The position numbers were made by a program, and so were the translations under genes. The notes below the pieces were generated by a model, which did not search any database, was not told the DNA's origin, and saw nothing but the letters and a program-made list of their open reading frames with translations. A DNA stretch of 64,000 bases from a virus, in IMG/VR virus record IMGVR_UViG_3300042731_005935, positions 1-64,000 of that record, one strand, 5' to 3'. Of the stretch, positions 46,416 through 56,436 are shown piece after piece (within the stretch, counting starts at the first letter, position 1; each line of letters begins with the position of its first letter).

Positions 46416-47381
46416 TTATTTTTCAATTTCATTTCGTATTTCCTTAATCCTCTCTGCGGTGATTCTCGAAAGACAAGTTGGACATCTCCTCGATTTTTTT
46501 AATTCTTTTATGTAACTATTAAGCTTTTTAGAAAATTTCTCCCGAAGTTTTTCAAGTTCCGATTGATTGTCAAGTAAGGATATAATTCCATCCTGTTTAT
46601 CTTCCAAATCCTCAAGTTGTTCTCCAATTTTAATCGCTTCTTTAATTATATCTTCAGCTTTTAAAGCTCGCTCAAGTCTTCTCTTTGCCTGCTCTGCTGC
46701 TTTAATTTCAGCCACTATTGATTCTATAGTATAATATTTTCTTTCCAATTTTATTTGTTGTTGTTCGATTTTCTGGAGTTCTTCCATTATTGGTTCAAGT
46801 TTCTCCAGGTCTTTCAATGCGGCAATATCTTCTCGGACGCTTTTGCGTTCCTGAACGGCATCATCTAATATAATAGATAGACTTTTAACGTCCTGGTTTA
46901 TTCGTTTGATCCAATTATCTACCGAACTAACTTTTGTTATGTCGTTAATGATCTTTGTTACCTGACCGGCAGAATTGGAGACAATGTAAGGAAGATCAAG
47001 TTGACTTTGAAAGTTTATCTCCTTTAGATTTAATGCATCTTTAACCTCAGATGGAACTGTTTTATTTATCTTCCTGAAAGTTTGCGTTTTACCTGATTTA
47101 TTCTGCAAGGTATAAACCGGTTTTGATTCTCTTCCTTGTTTTAAATTAACAATAAATCCATCCGATGTTTTAAGTTCAATTTCAGATAGTGTATTTTTTG
47201 GAGCAAAGTGGCTCATAAACTTGAGATTAATCGGACGAAAATCTTTTATCCTTCTGATTGCTCGTAGGATGTTAGACTTACCTGCCAAGCCTTCTCCAAT
47301 GATAGCATTGACTCCACGGTGGAAGACAAATTTTTGATCCTTATAACTTCGGAAATTTTTAACTGTTAATATTTTTAACAT
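46416..47381 (-). CDS. Rad50/SbcC-like ATPase, N-terminal half ending at the Zn-hook
   Basis: 'VKNFRSY', Walker A 'GEGLAGKS', coiled coil, terminal CPTC. Confidence 0.88.
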   Translation of the reverse strand: MLKILTVKNFRSYKDQKFVFHRGVNAIIGEGLAGKSNILRAIRRIKDFRPINLKFMSHFAPKNTLSEIELKTSDGFIVNLKQGRESKPVYTLQNKSGKTQTFRKINKTVPSEVKDALNLKEINFQSQLDLPYIVSNSAGQVTKIINDITKVSSVDNWIKRINQDVKSLSIILDDAVQERKSVREDIAALKDLEKLEPIMEELQKIEQQQIKLERKYYTIESIVAEIKAAEQAKRRLERALKAEDIIKEAIKIGEQLEDLEDKQDGIISLLDNQSELEKLREKFSKKLNSYIKELKKSRRCPTCLSRITAERIKEIRNEIEK

Positions 47382-47625
47382 TTTTTCGATGCTTTCTTAT
47401 TCGCCTGATTATTGCTGCAAATTCCCTGGAAAAAGAACTTATTTTGTGAAGTTTTACTCCTAATTTCCTCGCTGGTAAATCTCTGCCTTGGTTGAAACTG
47501 GCTACATTTTTGGATAAGTCATCTACCATCAAGATTAATCGTTTGAACAGGTGGTCAATATTATCCTTTTTTATTGTCTTTTCAATTTCTTCTTCCATGT
47601 TTTGTATGACTCGCCTACGTGGCAT
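47359..47625 (-). CDS. Hypothetical protein
   Basis: AAGGAG RBS. Confidence 0.6.
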   Translation of the reverse strand: MPRRRVIQNMEEEIEKTIKKDNIDHLFKRLILMVDDLSKNVASFNQGRDLPARKLGVKLHKISSFSREFAAIIRRIRKHRKNVKNINS

Positions 47626-47763
47626 ATTAAAATCTCCTTAGCCAGTTATTAAATTTATCCAATGATGATTTGTGAATAAATTTCCAAATAAGTATAATTA
47701 AATTACTGGTGTATTTGCGAAAGCAAATCAAAAATAATCCAATAAAAAGATAATTAATTGAAT

Positions 47764-48663
47764 TCACCTCAAGAAAACTCTTTCCCACTGATCGAAAGTC
47801 TCCTTTTCAAGAAAACTCTTAAAATGATATTTATCGAAAACCTGGATAAATTTCTTGCGCGTACATTTATCCCGGCGGATAAAAGGATCTTTCATTTTTT
47901 CTGGCATATATGGAAGAGTAACGATTGGAAGATTTTTCTTTATTATCTTTTGACCTTCGTCAGAAGTAATTCGATCATATATAACGCCTGTTGATATCTC
48001 TCCGCGGACATATTGCATGGTACGACTTCTTGGACCCTTTTTCATGTCTTTCGGGTCTCCACAACCTTTAATGCCAATAACATTATCTCCAGAACAACCG
48101 CCGATTGATTTGCAAATTGGCCATTGTGACGGAAGCACTTTATAAATTGAAATAAACTTCTCCGCCGTCATCCGTTTAAATGTTGTTGGGTTTATAATAT
48201 CACAATGATCTAAACATTGCCACATGTCGTTGTCCGCTGTTACCATCAAGACTTTCTTTGTTTTGAGTCGTTCAGCAATTACCGCCATAAAGTCGTCAGA
48301 TTCGTAGCCTCTTTGTTGGAAATGGTTCATAAATCCCATGTGATGGAGTGTGGAATCTTTTAATTCGTTTTCTTGTTTGAATTTAAGTTTATATTCTTCC
48401 TCTTCTGTTGGGGTAAGATCTGTTCGGCGATTAAATTTATAAATTGGATAAACTTCTTTCCGGAAATTAGTTGGGTGGTCCCAGCAAAATAGGATATGGC
48501 GGGTCCTAAATTTCTTTCCTAATTGTAGAACTTTTTTTAGAAATCCATAGATTACTCCAGTTGGTTTATTGTTATATGTTAACACCGGTCCGAATGCAAA
48601 GAAAGCAGCATAAACCAAACTGGAGCAATCAATTACCAAATGATTTTTATTAAAAATCTTCAT
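47764..48663 (-). CDS. 5'-3' exonuclease/flap endonuclease (T4 RNase H/T5 D15-like)
   Basis: 'LVIDCSS', 'YKFNR', 'YESDD', 'TADND', 'DNVIGIKG'. Confidence 0.92.
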   Translation of the reverse strand: MKIFNKNHLVIDCSSLVYAAFFAFGPVLTYNNKPTGVIYGFLKKVLQLGKKFRTRHILFCWDHPTNFRKEVYPIYKFNRRTDLTPTEEEEYKLKFKQENELKDSTLHHMGFMNHFQQRGYESDDFMAVIAERLKTKKVLMVTADNDMWQCLDHCDIINPTTFKRMTAEKFISIYKVLPSQWPICKSIGGCSGDNVIGIKGCGDPKDMKKGPRSRTMQYVRGEISTGVIYDRITSDEGQKIIKKNLPIVTLPYMPEKMKDPFIRRDKCTRKKFIQVFDKYHFKSFLEKETFDQWERVFLR

Positions 48664-48836
48664 TTTTTATGATATCTTTCATCGGTTAATATTTCATCAA
48701 GAAGAAGTTTTGCATATTCCGGTTCTTCTGGAAGTTTTCTCATTGCTTCATCAATCTTATTGCACATCCAATTGATTGTTCGCTGCAATTCAAGAATATG
48801 GTTTTTTCTTTTTTCTGCCTGCTTATAAATATCCAT

Positions 48837-49958
48837 CTATAATTCCTTGCCACCAAGTTGATCAATTTCTCCATCAAAAGCTTCCTCAACTCGGTTCCAA
48901 ATTCTTTCGACTTTTCTGGAGAGTTTATCCTCAAGACCGCGTTTCTTAACTTCCGATGCAAACTTCAGCCAGTTTGCTTCTGAAGTATCGAGACCTTTCC
49001 ATTTTTCGATCTTGTGCTTTTTCAGGTAATTTGCCATGGCGATAACATCACTCATACCATGGTTTCGAATAATGACAAATTCTTGAGTGTTGAATGCCGG
49101 CCCAACTTTGCTTCTTTCAACATTAACTCCGCAAAGTGTTCCATAAACCCTGTATTCTCCGAGGCGTTGTTTGGAGAGTTTCTTGATTACTCTTATCCAT
49201 GGCACCAGGTGAGTGTAGAAGTTAAGAGCATCTCCACCACTCCTGTATTGTTTCTTTCCAAATGTAATGCCGATCCTTGATTTTGTTTGACTGATGATAA
49301 TCAAAGTGGCGTCCACCTTGTTGCTTTCGATAAGTTCACAAACATCGGCGAAAAACTGCCAGGCAAATTGTTGCTTTTTCAGTTTCATGCTTTTGGCAAT
49401 ATCTTCATCCTTTGTTTCCCTGATCTTGTTATCATGGATCGATCGGAAGGAATCCCATGAATCGATGATATAAAGAAGAGCCTCTCCTTTTTTGAGTTTG
49501 TCCGCCTCTTCAAGAAAGTCCCGGCCGGCGGATTCAATTGTTTTACTCCTCCGCCATGTTATCATCTTTTCGAATTTCTCTCCATACATGCGTTTCAATG
49601 GAAAGTCCATAACTCCCTCTCCATTATTATACACGACTTTAGCTTTTTTTACCTTGCCAAATATGTTGCTTTTGATGGAGTAAATGAATTTCAGGAACCA
49701 GAAGACAAGTTCAAGAGCAAGCAATGTCTTTCCGCTTGATCCATCTCCTACAATATTTGAAACTCTGGCACGTGGCCACCCAAACTTTGCTAAACCAGTT
49801 AGAGCAAGATTGAGCATTGTGGCACCAGAAGTAAAGAACTCAACCTTTTTGCTCCTCTCCCTGGAACCTTTCTTCGATTTCCCTGACAATTTCACGGACT
49901 TTGCGAGAGTCTGCGTTTTCTTCCTCCGTTTCGGTAATACCTTCATAGTTCCTCCCAT
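48837..49958 (-). CDS. RecA/UvsX-like recombinase
   Basis: Walker A 'GDGSSGKT', 'IIDS', 'SGGDALNFY'. Confidence 0.92.
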   Translation of the reverse strand: MGGTMKVLPKRRKKTQTLAKSVKLSGKSKKGSRERSKKVEFFTSGATMLNLALTGLAKFGWPRARVSNIVGDGSSGKTLLALELVFWFLKFIYSIKSNIFGKVKKAKVVYNNGEGVMDFPLKRMYGEKFEKMITWRRSKTIESAGRDFLEEADKLKKGEALLYIIDSWDSFRSIHDNKIRETKDEDIAKSMKLKKQQFAWQFFADVCELIESNKVDATLIIISQTKSRIGITFGKKQYRSGGDALNFYTHLVPWIRVIKKLSKQRLGEYRVYGTLCGVNVERSKVGPAFNTQEFVIIRNHGMSDVIAMANYLKKHKIEKWKGLDTSEANWLKFASEVKKRGLEDKLSRKVERIWNRVEEAFDGEIDQLGGKEL

Positions 49959-50128
49959 TTCTTACGCCGCGCTTTCCTTTGTTAAATTCAATCATACTTC
50001 TTTTAAGGAATTCAATACTGTTAATTAAATCCCTCGTGGTGAACTTTTTGGAGTTATCTCCAATAATAGATTCATTCCTATAGATTTCCTCGGAAAATCC
50101 TTTGCTTGAGTAAATTCCAATTTTAATA

Positions 50129-50347
50129 TCAATCTTCGGCATCTTTTTCTCCAATTTCTTCAAAGCTAACCGTAAATACTTGGAGGACGACATACTTTTG
50201 ACCAGGAACGGTTAAATCTATTATTGCGGCATTAATTTCGTCTTTACTGCCAGATTTTATAAATTGGAGCCTTCCTTTTGTATGGATGCGGAAGAGTCCA
50301 AGTTCTGTGTGATATTGGAAATTCAAAGGTTCTGTAGGCATATCCAT
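50129..50347 (-). CDS. Hypothetical protein
   Basis: Tightly packed ORF. Confidence 0.5.
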   Translation of the reverse strand: MDMPTEPLNFQYHTELGLFRIHTKGRLQFIKSGSKDEINAAIIDLTVPGQKYVVLQVFTVSFEEIGEKDAED

Positions 50348-50352
50348 TTTCC

Positions 50353-50637
50353 TTATATCTTTAATGCTTCAGTAAGTTGCTCCGGCCATGGATGACCAGA
50401 CTCTGCCAGATAGTTATTTATTAATGCTTTGATATCAAATATGCGTTTATTGGTGGAAGCAAAGTCTCCGTGGAAAAGTGAGAGCGCCCGATACATTCCA
50501 GCTTCAAGTTCTCTCCTGAAATTTGAATTTGGATTTATGTCATAGAAAGAAATTTCGTAAAATTTTTCACCATATTTAATAATAATTTTAGTAGGAATAT
50601 TGCCCATTATTTTCTCCTCCTTAGAATGGAATATCAT
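50353..50637 (-). CDS. Hypothetical protein
   Basis: GGAGG RBS before the internal MGNIP start. Confidence 0.55.
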   Translation of the reverse strand: MIFHSKEEKIMGNIPTKIIIKYGEKFYEISFYDINPNSNFRRELEAGMYRALSLFHGDFASTNKRIFDIKALINNYLAESGHPWPEQLTEALKI

Positions 50638-51052
50638 CCTCCCTATCTTCTACTTTCTTATCATATTGGTAAAATTTTCTATCATAATCCTCATTTATCT
50701 GTGGTTTCGGTGTTCTTTTTACTTTTGAATTTTTAATGTATTTTAGAATCCCGGTTGCAGCAGCTTTCCAATGGTCTCTCCTTGGGATCTTATTTGCTGG
50801 TTTGGATGCTCTATCAATAATCCGTATAAGTCTTTTATATAGGTAGTTTGGGATAACATAGCATTTTATCCTCGGAGTATAATTCATCGCTCGATTAATA
50901 GAATTAAATTCTACATCTGTATAGAAAATTTGAGCAAGAAAAGCGCCAGGCTTCTTCTTCTCGGACATGCGAGTTAAAACTTTAGTTGCGCCTTCCATTT
51001 TCTTCACTTGCTCTGGAGTTAATTCGATTTCAATTTGCAGGATTGGTTTCAT
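50621..51052 (-). CDS. Hypothetical protein
   Basis: Tightly packed ORF; ends in DDIPF. Confidence 0.6.
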   Translation of the reverse strand: MKPILQIEIELTPEQVKKMEGATKVLTRMSEKKKPGAFLAQIFYTDVEFNSINRAMNYTPRIKCYVIPNYLYKRLIRIIDRASKPANKIPRRDHWKAAATGILKYIKNSKVKRTPKPQINEDYDRKFYQYDKKVEDREDDIPF

Positions 51053-51053
51053 T

Positions 51054-51422
51054 TTATTCTTTCTTGTAACGAAGATATTTCCTATTGTAGTGAAGATATT
51101 TCCACACTTTGTGGCTTTTTAAAATCATTGACCGTTCAACATTATTTGTAGAAATATCTCCTCTTTGTGCCATCAAATGGATTGCAAACATCAAATGTCC
51201 GAGTTCCGTTTCAAGATCTCCACGGTTGTTATACTCAATACCTTCGAAACTCGCGTGGTAACCGTGTCTCTGGATTTTACCGATTATTTGTAATACTTCA
51301 CCGATTTCTTCCACGAGAAGTGAAAATCGTTCGTATTCTTCCGGAGTCATCGTGTCATAGCCAGATGGAGGTGGATGATTTTTCATTGAATTGTTTTTCC
51401 TTCTTTCACAATAAGGTTGCAA
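51054..51422 (-). CDS. MazG-like NTP pyrophosphohydrolase
   Basis: 'LVEEIGEVLQIIGKIQRHG...ETELGHL' all-alpha NTP-PPase motif. Confidence 0.75.
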   Translation of the reverse strand: MQPYCERRKNNSMKNHPPPSGYDTMTPEEYERFSLLVEEIGEVLQIIGKIQRHGYHASFEGIEYNNRGDLETELGHLMFAIHLMAQRGDISTNNVERSMILKSHKVWKYLHYNRKYLRYKKE

Positions 51423-51555
51423 AGTATCGCCTCATTTTCATCGATATTCCGGTCAAGATGACATTGACACCTCCAGTCTGGTTTTTCTTCTCCGACCGGG
51501 TTATTGCGGAATAATGGTTCATCAAAACAACTGACATAGCAAACAGAGCAATGCA

Positions 51556-52101
51556 TCACAACCTCCTATCGGAAGTAAAGGACATTATGATTCTTTTGAT
51601 TTGGTTTATTTCGGAATGTGTGAAATGGATTTCTTCCGTTTCAAGTTTATATTCCTCTGCCTTCTTGAGCCAATATCTATCGCGTTCCTCGTCATCACTC
51701 TGGTAAATAAGTTCATAATATATTTTAGTGATTCCGACTCGTTTGATATTCTTTAGACAGTGAATGCATGGGAATAAAGTGCAGTAAAGAACAGAACCAC
51801 GGAGACCGATTCCGCCGAATTCTGCTATTTGGTTGATGGCGTTTTGTTCTGCATGAATCGATGGGCAGTCCTGGTACTTTTTAATTCCGGAATCATCTCT
51901 TCCAAGTTCTCTCCGCAAACAGAATTTGGGCCCTTTATCCGTGCATTGCGGCTCGCCAGGCATACTGCCATTATAGCCGGTTGCAACGACTCGCCTACCG
52001 GAAACAATTACTGCTCCGGTAGGACGAGAGTTGCAACCGGACCTCACGGCGGCCAGTTTTGCCAACGCCATGAAGTACTTATTCCAAGGAAGCCGGTTCA
52101 T
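51556..52101 (-). CDS. dCMP deaminase
   Basis: 'TGYNG', 'HAEQNA', 'PCIHC'. Confidence 0.93.
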   Translation of the reverse strand: MNRLPWNKYFMALAKLAAVRSGCNSRPTGAVIVSGRRVVATGYNGSMPGEPQCTDKGPKFCLRRELGRDDSGIKKYQDCPSIHAEQNAINQIAEFGGIGLRGSVLYCTLFPCIHCLKNIKRVGITKIYYELIYQSDDEERDRYWLKKAEEYKLETEEIHFTHSEINQIKRIIMSFTSDRRL

Positions 52102-52307
52102 TAATCTGCCGCTCTGGAATACGGAAATTTCCGCATCCGCAGGGCACATTCAAAAGCATCGCGGAGTTTTTCGTCCGAAGCATGGAAGTTTTCTTTGATC
52201 CATTCAAGGACGATTCTGGGCGACGAAGCATCTTGGGCCCGCAAGGTAAACATTTCCTCATCGTCTCCAATTTTAACCAATGTTGGACATGTTGATTTAA
52301 GTGCCAT
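52101..52307 (-). CDS. Hypothetical protein
   Basis: 'DEEMFTLRAQD' motif; AAGGAG RBS. Confidence 0.65.
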   Translation of the reverse strand: MALKSTCPTLVKIGDDEEMFTLRAQDASSPRIVLEWIKENFHASDEKLRDAFECALRMRKFPYSRAAD

Positions 52308-52424
52308 ATTTCTTCTCCTTTCTTTAGTTAAAGTATATCATATAAAGAACCCCTAATGATATACCAATCCATATTCCGGATGAAAAGCCTTGCCACCAAA
52401 TTTTCCAAAAATCTTTTTTGTTAT

Positions 52425-53180
52425 TCATTTAATTTCATCAATCCTTTTCTCCCTGGGATTCTTCCGAAGATAAGCTGCTACCGCTTCAATCTGATAATGA
52501 TAACAGTGGAGTCCTTGGGAGTAAAACGAAAGTGGGCCGGGTTCAATACCGAGTTGGTCGGCGATGTATTGGTTAAGGAGTGTAAATCCTCCCATATTCT
52601 CCGGGAACCCAGCATATAAGTCCCATGAACGGTAAACAATGCCAAGAAGTACTTTCTTGGCTTTGACTTTGATATCAAGACCTCGAAGACATGGCGATGT
52701 CCTCCGCTCGGTTTCAGTCGTGTAAGGGATATCATAATTGAAGTTGATTCGTGGGTCGCCAACAGTAATAAAACAATGGTTGTTTCCGAATCCTTTGGTG
52801 GCAAGATGTCTAATGCACCAATCAAGCTGAGTGATCATTGCTCCGCTGAATGGATGTGCAAAGTGACCATTGATCCATGTAGAATACCTGTACTCCTCAT
52901 TTGGATTGAGTTCAGGGTCCATAAGATAGTTGGTGAAGTACTTCTCGATTTCTTCATCCGTAGTGGTTGCAGGAATGCCGGTTGGCATGATTGGTGCAAG
53001 CGGACGGGTATGCGGGTAGTGAATGAATCCAGCGGCGACCGGGAATTCTAATCTTCCGCCGCCCTTGCCTGAACCTTCATCAATAGCGATATTGTATCCG
53101 GTTTCGTAGCATTTTGAAATCAATTGGAAGTATGCTTCATCCAACGTCATTGCTTCGACAAATGCTGGGACGAATTTCAT
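52425..53180 (-). CDS. thyA: Thymidylate synthase (divergent ThyA type)
   Basis: Catalytic 'SPCL', 'YRSWD', Asn in 'GFPEN', 'GLHCY'. Confidence 0.85.
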   Translation of the reverse strand: MKFVPAFVEAMTLDEAYFQLISKCYETGYNIAIDEGSGKGGGRLEFPVAAGFIHYPHTRPLAPIMPTGIPATTTDEEIEKYFTNYLMDPELNPNEEYRYSTWINGHFAHPFSGAMITQLDWCIRHLATKGFGNNHCFITVGDPRINFNYDIPYTTETERRTSPCLRGLDIKVKAKKVLLGIVYRSWDLYAGFPENMGGFTLLNQYIADQLGIEPGPLSFYSQGLHCYHYQIEAVAAYLRKNPREKRIDEIK

Positions 53181-53267
53181 TTTACCTCCTCCTTTTTTTC
53201 AAGAACACCTCCGCAACAACATAAATCTCCGTCATCAAACGGCGCTGATTCCTCATAGCCACAGTTT

Positions 53268-53528
53268 TCACAACAGAGTAAATCTTTCATTGAAATCCGA
53301 TTTGAAATTGTTGCGGATATTTTTTGCTAATGCTTCTTGCATATCATGAAGACAAGCGGAACAGATTCTTAAACTCCTACTCCGGTTATTTAATTTTGTA
53401 TCCATGAAGGTTGTTTTTGGAATACATAGAACTTGTGAAGCAAACCGCTGGCAGAAGTCGCATGGATATTCCATGCTAAAGCTGTTTGCTTCTGTTCGCT
53501 TATTTCGAAGGATATTGAATTGGGTCAT
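53268..53528 (-). CDS. Zn-binding hypothetical protein
   Basis: CDFC...CSAC. Confidence 0.6.
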   Translation of the reverse strand: MTQFNILRNKRTEANSFSMEYPCDFCQRFASQVLCIPKTTFMDTKLNNRSRSLRICSACLHDMQEALAKNIRNNFKSDFNERFTLL

Positions 53529-53546
53529 TTCCCCTACCTTTTATGG

Positions 53547-54722
53547 TTAATCATTGATTCCGAGTTCGTCGCAAATTTCATCCCGGAGGTCATCAATGCT
53601 GTCCTTGTCATAATCATCGATATCAACGTCCAGGCCTTCTTCTTTGATTAACTTCTTCAGTTTAACCCAGGACATGTCGTCAATATCGTCCCGGTCGTAA
53701 TCTGGCTCATTGTCATCTCCGCCGCTATTTTCTTCCGCTTCTTCCAATCTCTCCTTCAGATAGGCAATAACCTTCTTCTTCTCCTTCTTAAACCTGCCTT
53801 TCTCATCGAAGTCAGCATCATCCAGGTCATTATCATCAACAAATTCCTCCAATTCGTCCATTTTATCGATGTCTTCCAATTCATCGATCAATTCCTGGAT
53901 TTCTTCGACGGCATTGGCGACGCCATCTTCAGTGCCACCTTTCGGTTCGCCTACGTCGCCATCTTCGAGACAGGATGCATCTTTGATTTCGTCATAGGTT
54001 GCAATTACAACAATTTCATCCAAGACGAAAGCGGCATCCAGGATATCGTCATCAATTTCATATTCCCGGTCATCAAAAGAGTGGCCAACAAAGGATGGAA
54101 AGTCATTTTTACTTTTTGCAGGCTCGATGGTAAACGTAATGGACTTGCCATCTTCAGGATGGACAAAGTTAACTGTCTTTTCCTCTTTGCCATCCCGACT
54201 CGGTTTGCGACTAATAGCCATCAATTGTTTTTCGAAGTAATACCATGAAACATCCCAAATTTGGACACCCTTCTTTGCTTCCTTCTTGTCGTCGTATGAA
54301 ATAACGTTGTAAAGATTACGAGTCTTTGGAAAGTAATCTTTATACCGGTCATCATCCTTATCCCGAAGTTTTTGGCGATATTCGCAAATCGGACATTTTT
54401 TATCAAACATTGCCGGGCAAATATATTGCTTATTGGCAGGGCCGACGTTCGTATGGACTTGGTATTCAAAAGTATAAGTCGGACTTCCTTCCTCAGTTGC
54501 AGGATCACGTTTGCCGGCCAGGTAGGGAATAATATCAATAATATGAGTCCCATCCTTCGGTTTCCAGATCGGAAGACTTTTGTCCTCCGGGAAGATATTC
54601 GAGCGGCGACCTTTTGACTTTTGTTGACCGGTCTTTATCCGTTTCTGAAGACCATTACCTTTAAATAATCTTGCCTTCCGACTTTCTTTTGTTGATTTCT
54701 TTTCTTTGCGATTTCTTTTCAT
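53547..54722 (-). CDS. Single-stranded DNA-binding protein (T4 gp32-like) with long acidic tail
   Basis: 'IIPYL', 'H...CP...CPIC' Zn site, very acidic C-terminus. Confidence 0.75.
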   Translation of the reverse strand: MKRNRKEKKSTKESRKARLFKGNGLQKRIKTGQQKSKGRRSNIFPEDKSLPIWKPKDGTHIIDIIPYLAGKRDPATEEGSPTYTFEYQVHTNVGPANKQYICPAMFDKKCPICEYRQKLRDKDDDRYKDYFPKTRNLYNVISYDDKKEAKKGVQIWDVSWYYFEKQLMAISRKPSRDGKEEKTVNFVHPEDGKSITFTIEPAKSKNDFPSFVGHSFDDREYEIDDDILDAAFVLDEIVVIATYDEIKDASCLEDGDVGEPKGGTEDGVANAVEEIQELIDELEDIDKMDELEEFVDDNDLDDADFDEKGRFKKEKKKVIAYLKERLEEAEENSGGDDNEPDYDRDDIDDMSWVKLKKLIKEEGLDVDIDDYDKDSIDDLRDEICDELGIND

Positions 54723-54888
54723 GGAAAATTCCTCCTTTTCTACCCCGTTTTAGGTCTTTAGCTTGGTAAATACTTTTTGCAATTGCTAAGGTTAGAAGTC
54801 TTACAAATATGTAAACGATTGCTACACATACAAGCAATGCGCTAAATGCCATAAATCCGTTTCCGATTATTTCAATTATATTTCTCAT
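54661..54888 (-). CDS. Small membrane protein
   Basis: One long hydrophobic segment. Confidence 0.55.
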   Translation of the reverse strand: MRNIIEIIGNGFMAFSALLVCVAIVYIFVRLLTLAIAKSIYQAKDLKRGRKGGIFHEKKSQRKEINKRKSEGKII

Positions 54889-55415
54889 TTATATCCTCGC
54901 CGCCGTTTTAATTTTCTGTTTCCACTTGGTCGGTAAGTCCCACGTAATTGATTTTCAATATCCTTGCGTGTGTCTTCACTCATACGCTTTTGCTCTTCAC
55001 GCGGTACACGGACATCTCCTTCCATTTTTTTATTCCGATAGTAAAGATAGGCTTCAAGCATACGCTTCCGCTGTTCAAATGCTTTCTCTGCCTTTTTCAA
55101 TAGATTAAAGTTTGTCCTTGCGTGTGTCCACTTGCGCCGGGCGCGTTTTACTTTGCTGTTAGAATTAAGGGCGGATTTGATTGCGCCTTCGGTAATATTC
55201 GAATCGGAATCGAAGTACTTATCAGGATTTGTTCTGATATCATATTCCACATCGATCAAAACCAGGTCATAATTATCTTTTGCATCATCCCGTTCAACTT
55301 CTGCTTCCGCTGTGGCCTGGGCCCAGTCGTAGTACTTTTGTGGTTGCTCCAGCAATTCATCGTCCAAACGGTGCTTGTTGATTCTCAAATCCGCCCTATA
55401 TCTATTTTTTGCCAT
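54885..55415 (-). CDS. UvsY-like recombination mediator candidate
   Basis: Helical protein with 'ITEGAIKSAL' and 'AFEQRKRML'; next to the SSB. Confidence 0.55.
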   Translation of the reverse strand: MAKNRYRADLRINKHRLDDELLEQPQKYYDWAQATAEAEVERDDAKDNYDLVLIDVEYDIRTNPDKYFDSDSNITEGAIKSALNSNSKVKRARRKWTHARTNFNLLKKAEKAFEQRKRMLEAYLYYRNKKMEGDVRVPREEQKRMSEDTRKDIENQLRGTYRPSGNRKLKRRRGYK

Positions 55416-55573
55416 TATTCGGTTTCTCCAGCCTCTTGCGCGTCGGCGTCAATGTAGCCTTCATTCCAGATTTTAATATCTCTTTCCTTTGTATAAGGAC
55501 AGGAATCGGAACTTTCCCCTTTTCTGAATGCTTCCGCGCCTTTGTAGTAAATATTCAATTGCTTTTTATTCAT
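55415..55573 (-). CDS. Rmf/CrpP-like small protein (52 aa, not in ORF track)
   Basis: 'KGAEAFRKG...CPY......WNEGY' matches the G..A...G.....CPY......W..GW pattern; GGAGG RBS. Confidence 0.65.
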   Translation of the reverse strand: MNKKQLNIYYKGAEAFRKGESSDSCPYTKERDIKIWNEGYIDADAQEAGETE

Positions 55574-56034
55574 TTTCCCTCCTTAATCTTGTTTTCGGTT
55601 TTCCTTGCTAATCTTGTAGCACCAAGTGGTTTGAATACATTCTTTTGGTGTGCAACCTTGATCATATGGATAATTAGTGCAGGGTACCATGTGGCAGGCA
55701 AATTAGAAAGAATATTTATTAAGTTATCCCATCCGAGAGCATCAATACCAGCGCATTTTGGAAGTATTTGATCTTTACTTCCAAAATGCGCCTCACCAGA
55801 TTTCTGATCACCTCCTAAGATTATATCTCCACAATGAAAACATCTGTAATGTTGGGCTTGATAATCGATTGAAAGTGGATTGAAATGGCATTCCCATGCT
55901 TGATGGTCATTATCTCCGCAGACGGCGCAGCAATTACCATCTGGTTTTAATTGTTCCATGGCAAGTTTGCATTTATGTATTATTTCTACATAGTCGCGTT
56001 CTGTCGGCAATCTTTTCGGTTTAGGTATCTGCAT
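55570..56034 (-). CDS. Cys/His-rich hypothetical protein
   Basis: CAVC..H...C and CFHC motifs. Confidence 0.65.
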   Translation of the reverse strand: MQIPKPKRLPTERDYVEIIHKCKLAMEQLKPDGNCCAVCGDNDHQAWECHFNPLSIDYQAQHYRCFHCGDIILGGDQKSGEAHFGSKDQILPKCAGIDALGWDNLINILSNLPATWYPALIIHMIKVAHQKNVFKPLGATRLARKTENKIKEGK

Positions 56035-56036
56035 AG

Positions 56037-56423
56037 CTAAATCCTAAATGTTTCTTGCTTAATATTGTTTTTCTCCGCTTTTTTCTTCTGGGCAGCATTG
56101 ATTTTGCGAAGTTTGTGTCCGCATTTCCGGATGAAACGCATTCGCCTTTGAAAAGTCTTCAAGGTATACATTTCACCAACGCGCAGGACAAATAATTCAT
56201 CATTTTCTTTCTTATCGATAGTGAATAGGGCGTCGACCTTTCCTTTAGTGGTGATGTATGTATCACGGAAGACATTATAGGATTGATTGAGGTACTGGTT
56301 TGGTAGTTCTTCGCGGCGTAATGCTTCAATTTTAACCACCTCAATTTTCACCGACGGAGTTGTCAACATTTGATCGCTGTGGAGTTTTCTTTGATATTGT
56401 TTAGCTTTTATTATTATTGCCAT
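56037..56423 (-). CDS. Hypothetical protein
   Basis: GGAGG RBS. Confidence 0.65.
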   Translation of the reverse strand: MAIIIKAKQYQRKLHSDQMLTTPSVKIEVVKIEALRREELPNQYLNQSYNVFRDTYITTKGKVDALFTIDKKENDELFVLRVGEMYTLKTFQRRMRFIRKCGHKLRKINAAQKKKAEKNNIKQETFRI

Positions 56424-56436
56424 TTTCTCCCTCCTT

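Noticed and set aside
52425-53180. dCMP/dUMP hydroxymethylase supplying bases for DNA glycosylation
   Set aside because: It has the Asn typical of dUMP-specific ThyA, and the GTs sit with late genes rather than replication genes. It cannot be fully excluded without nucleoside analysis.
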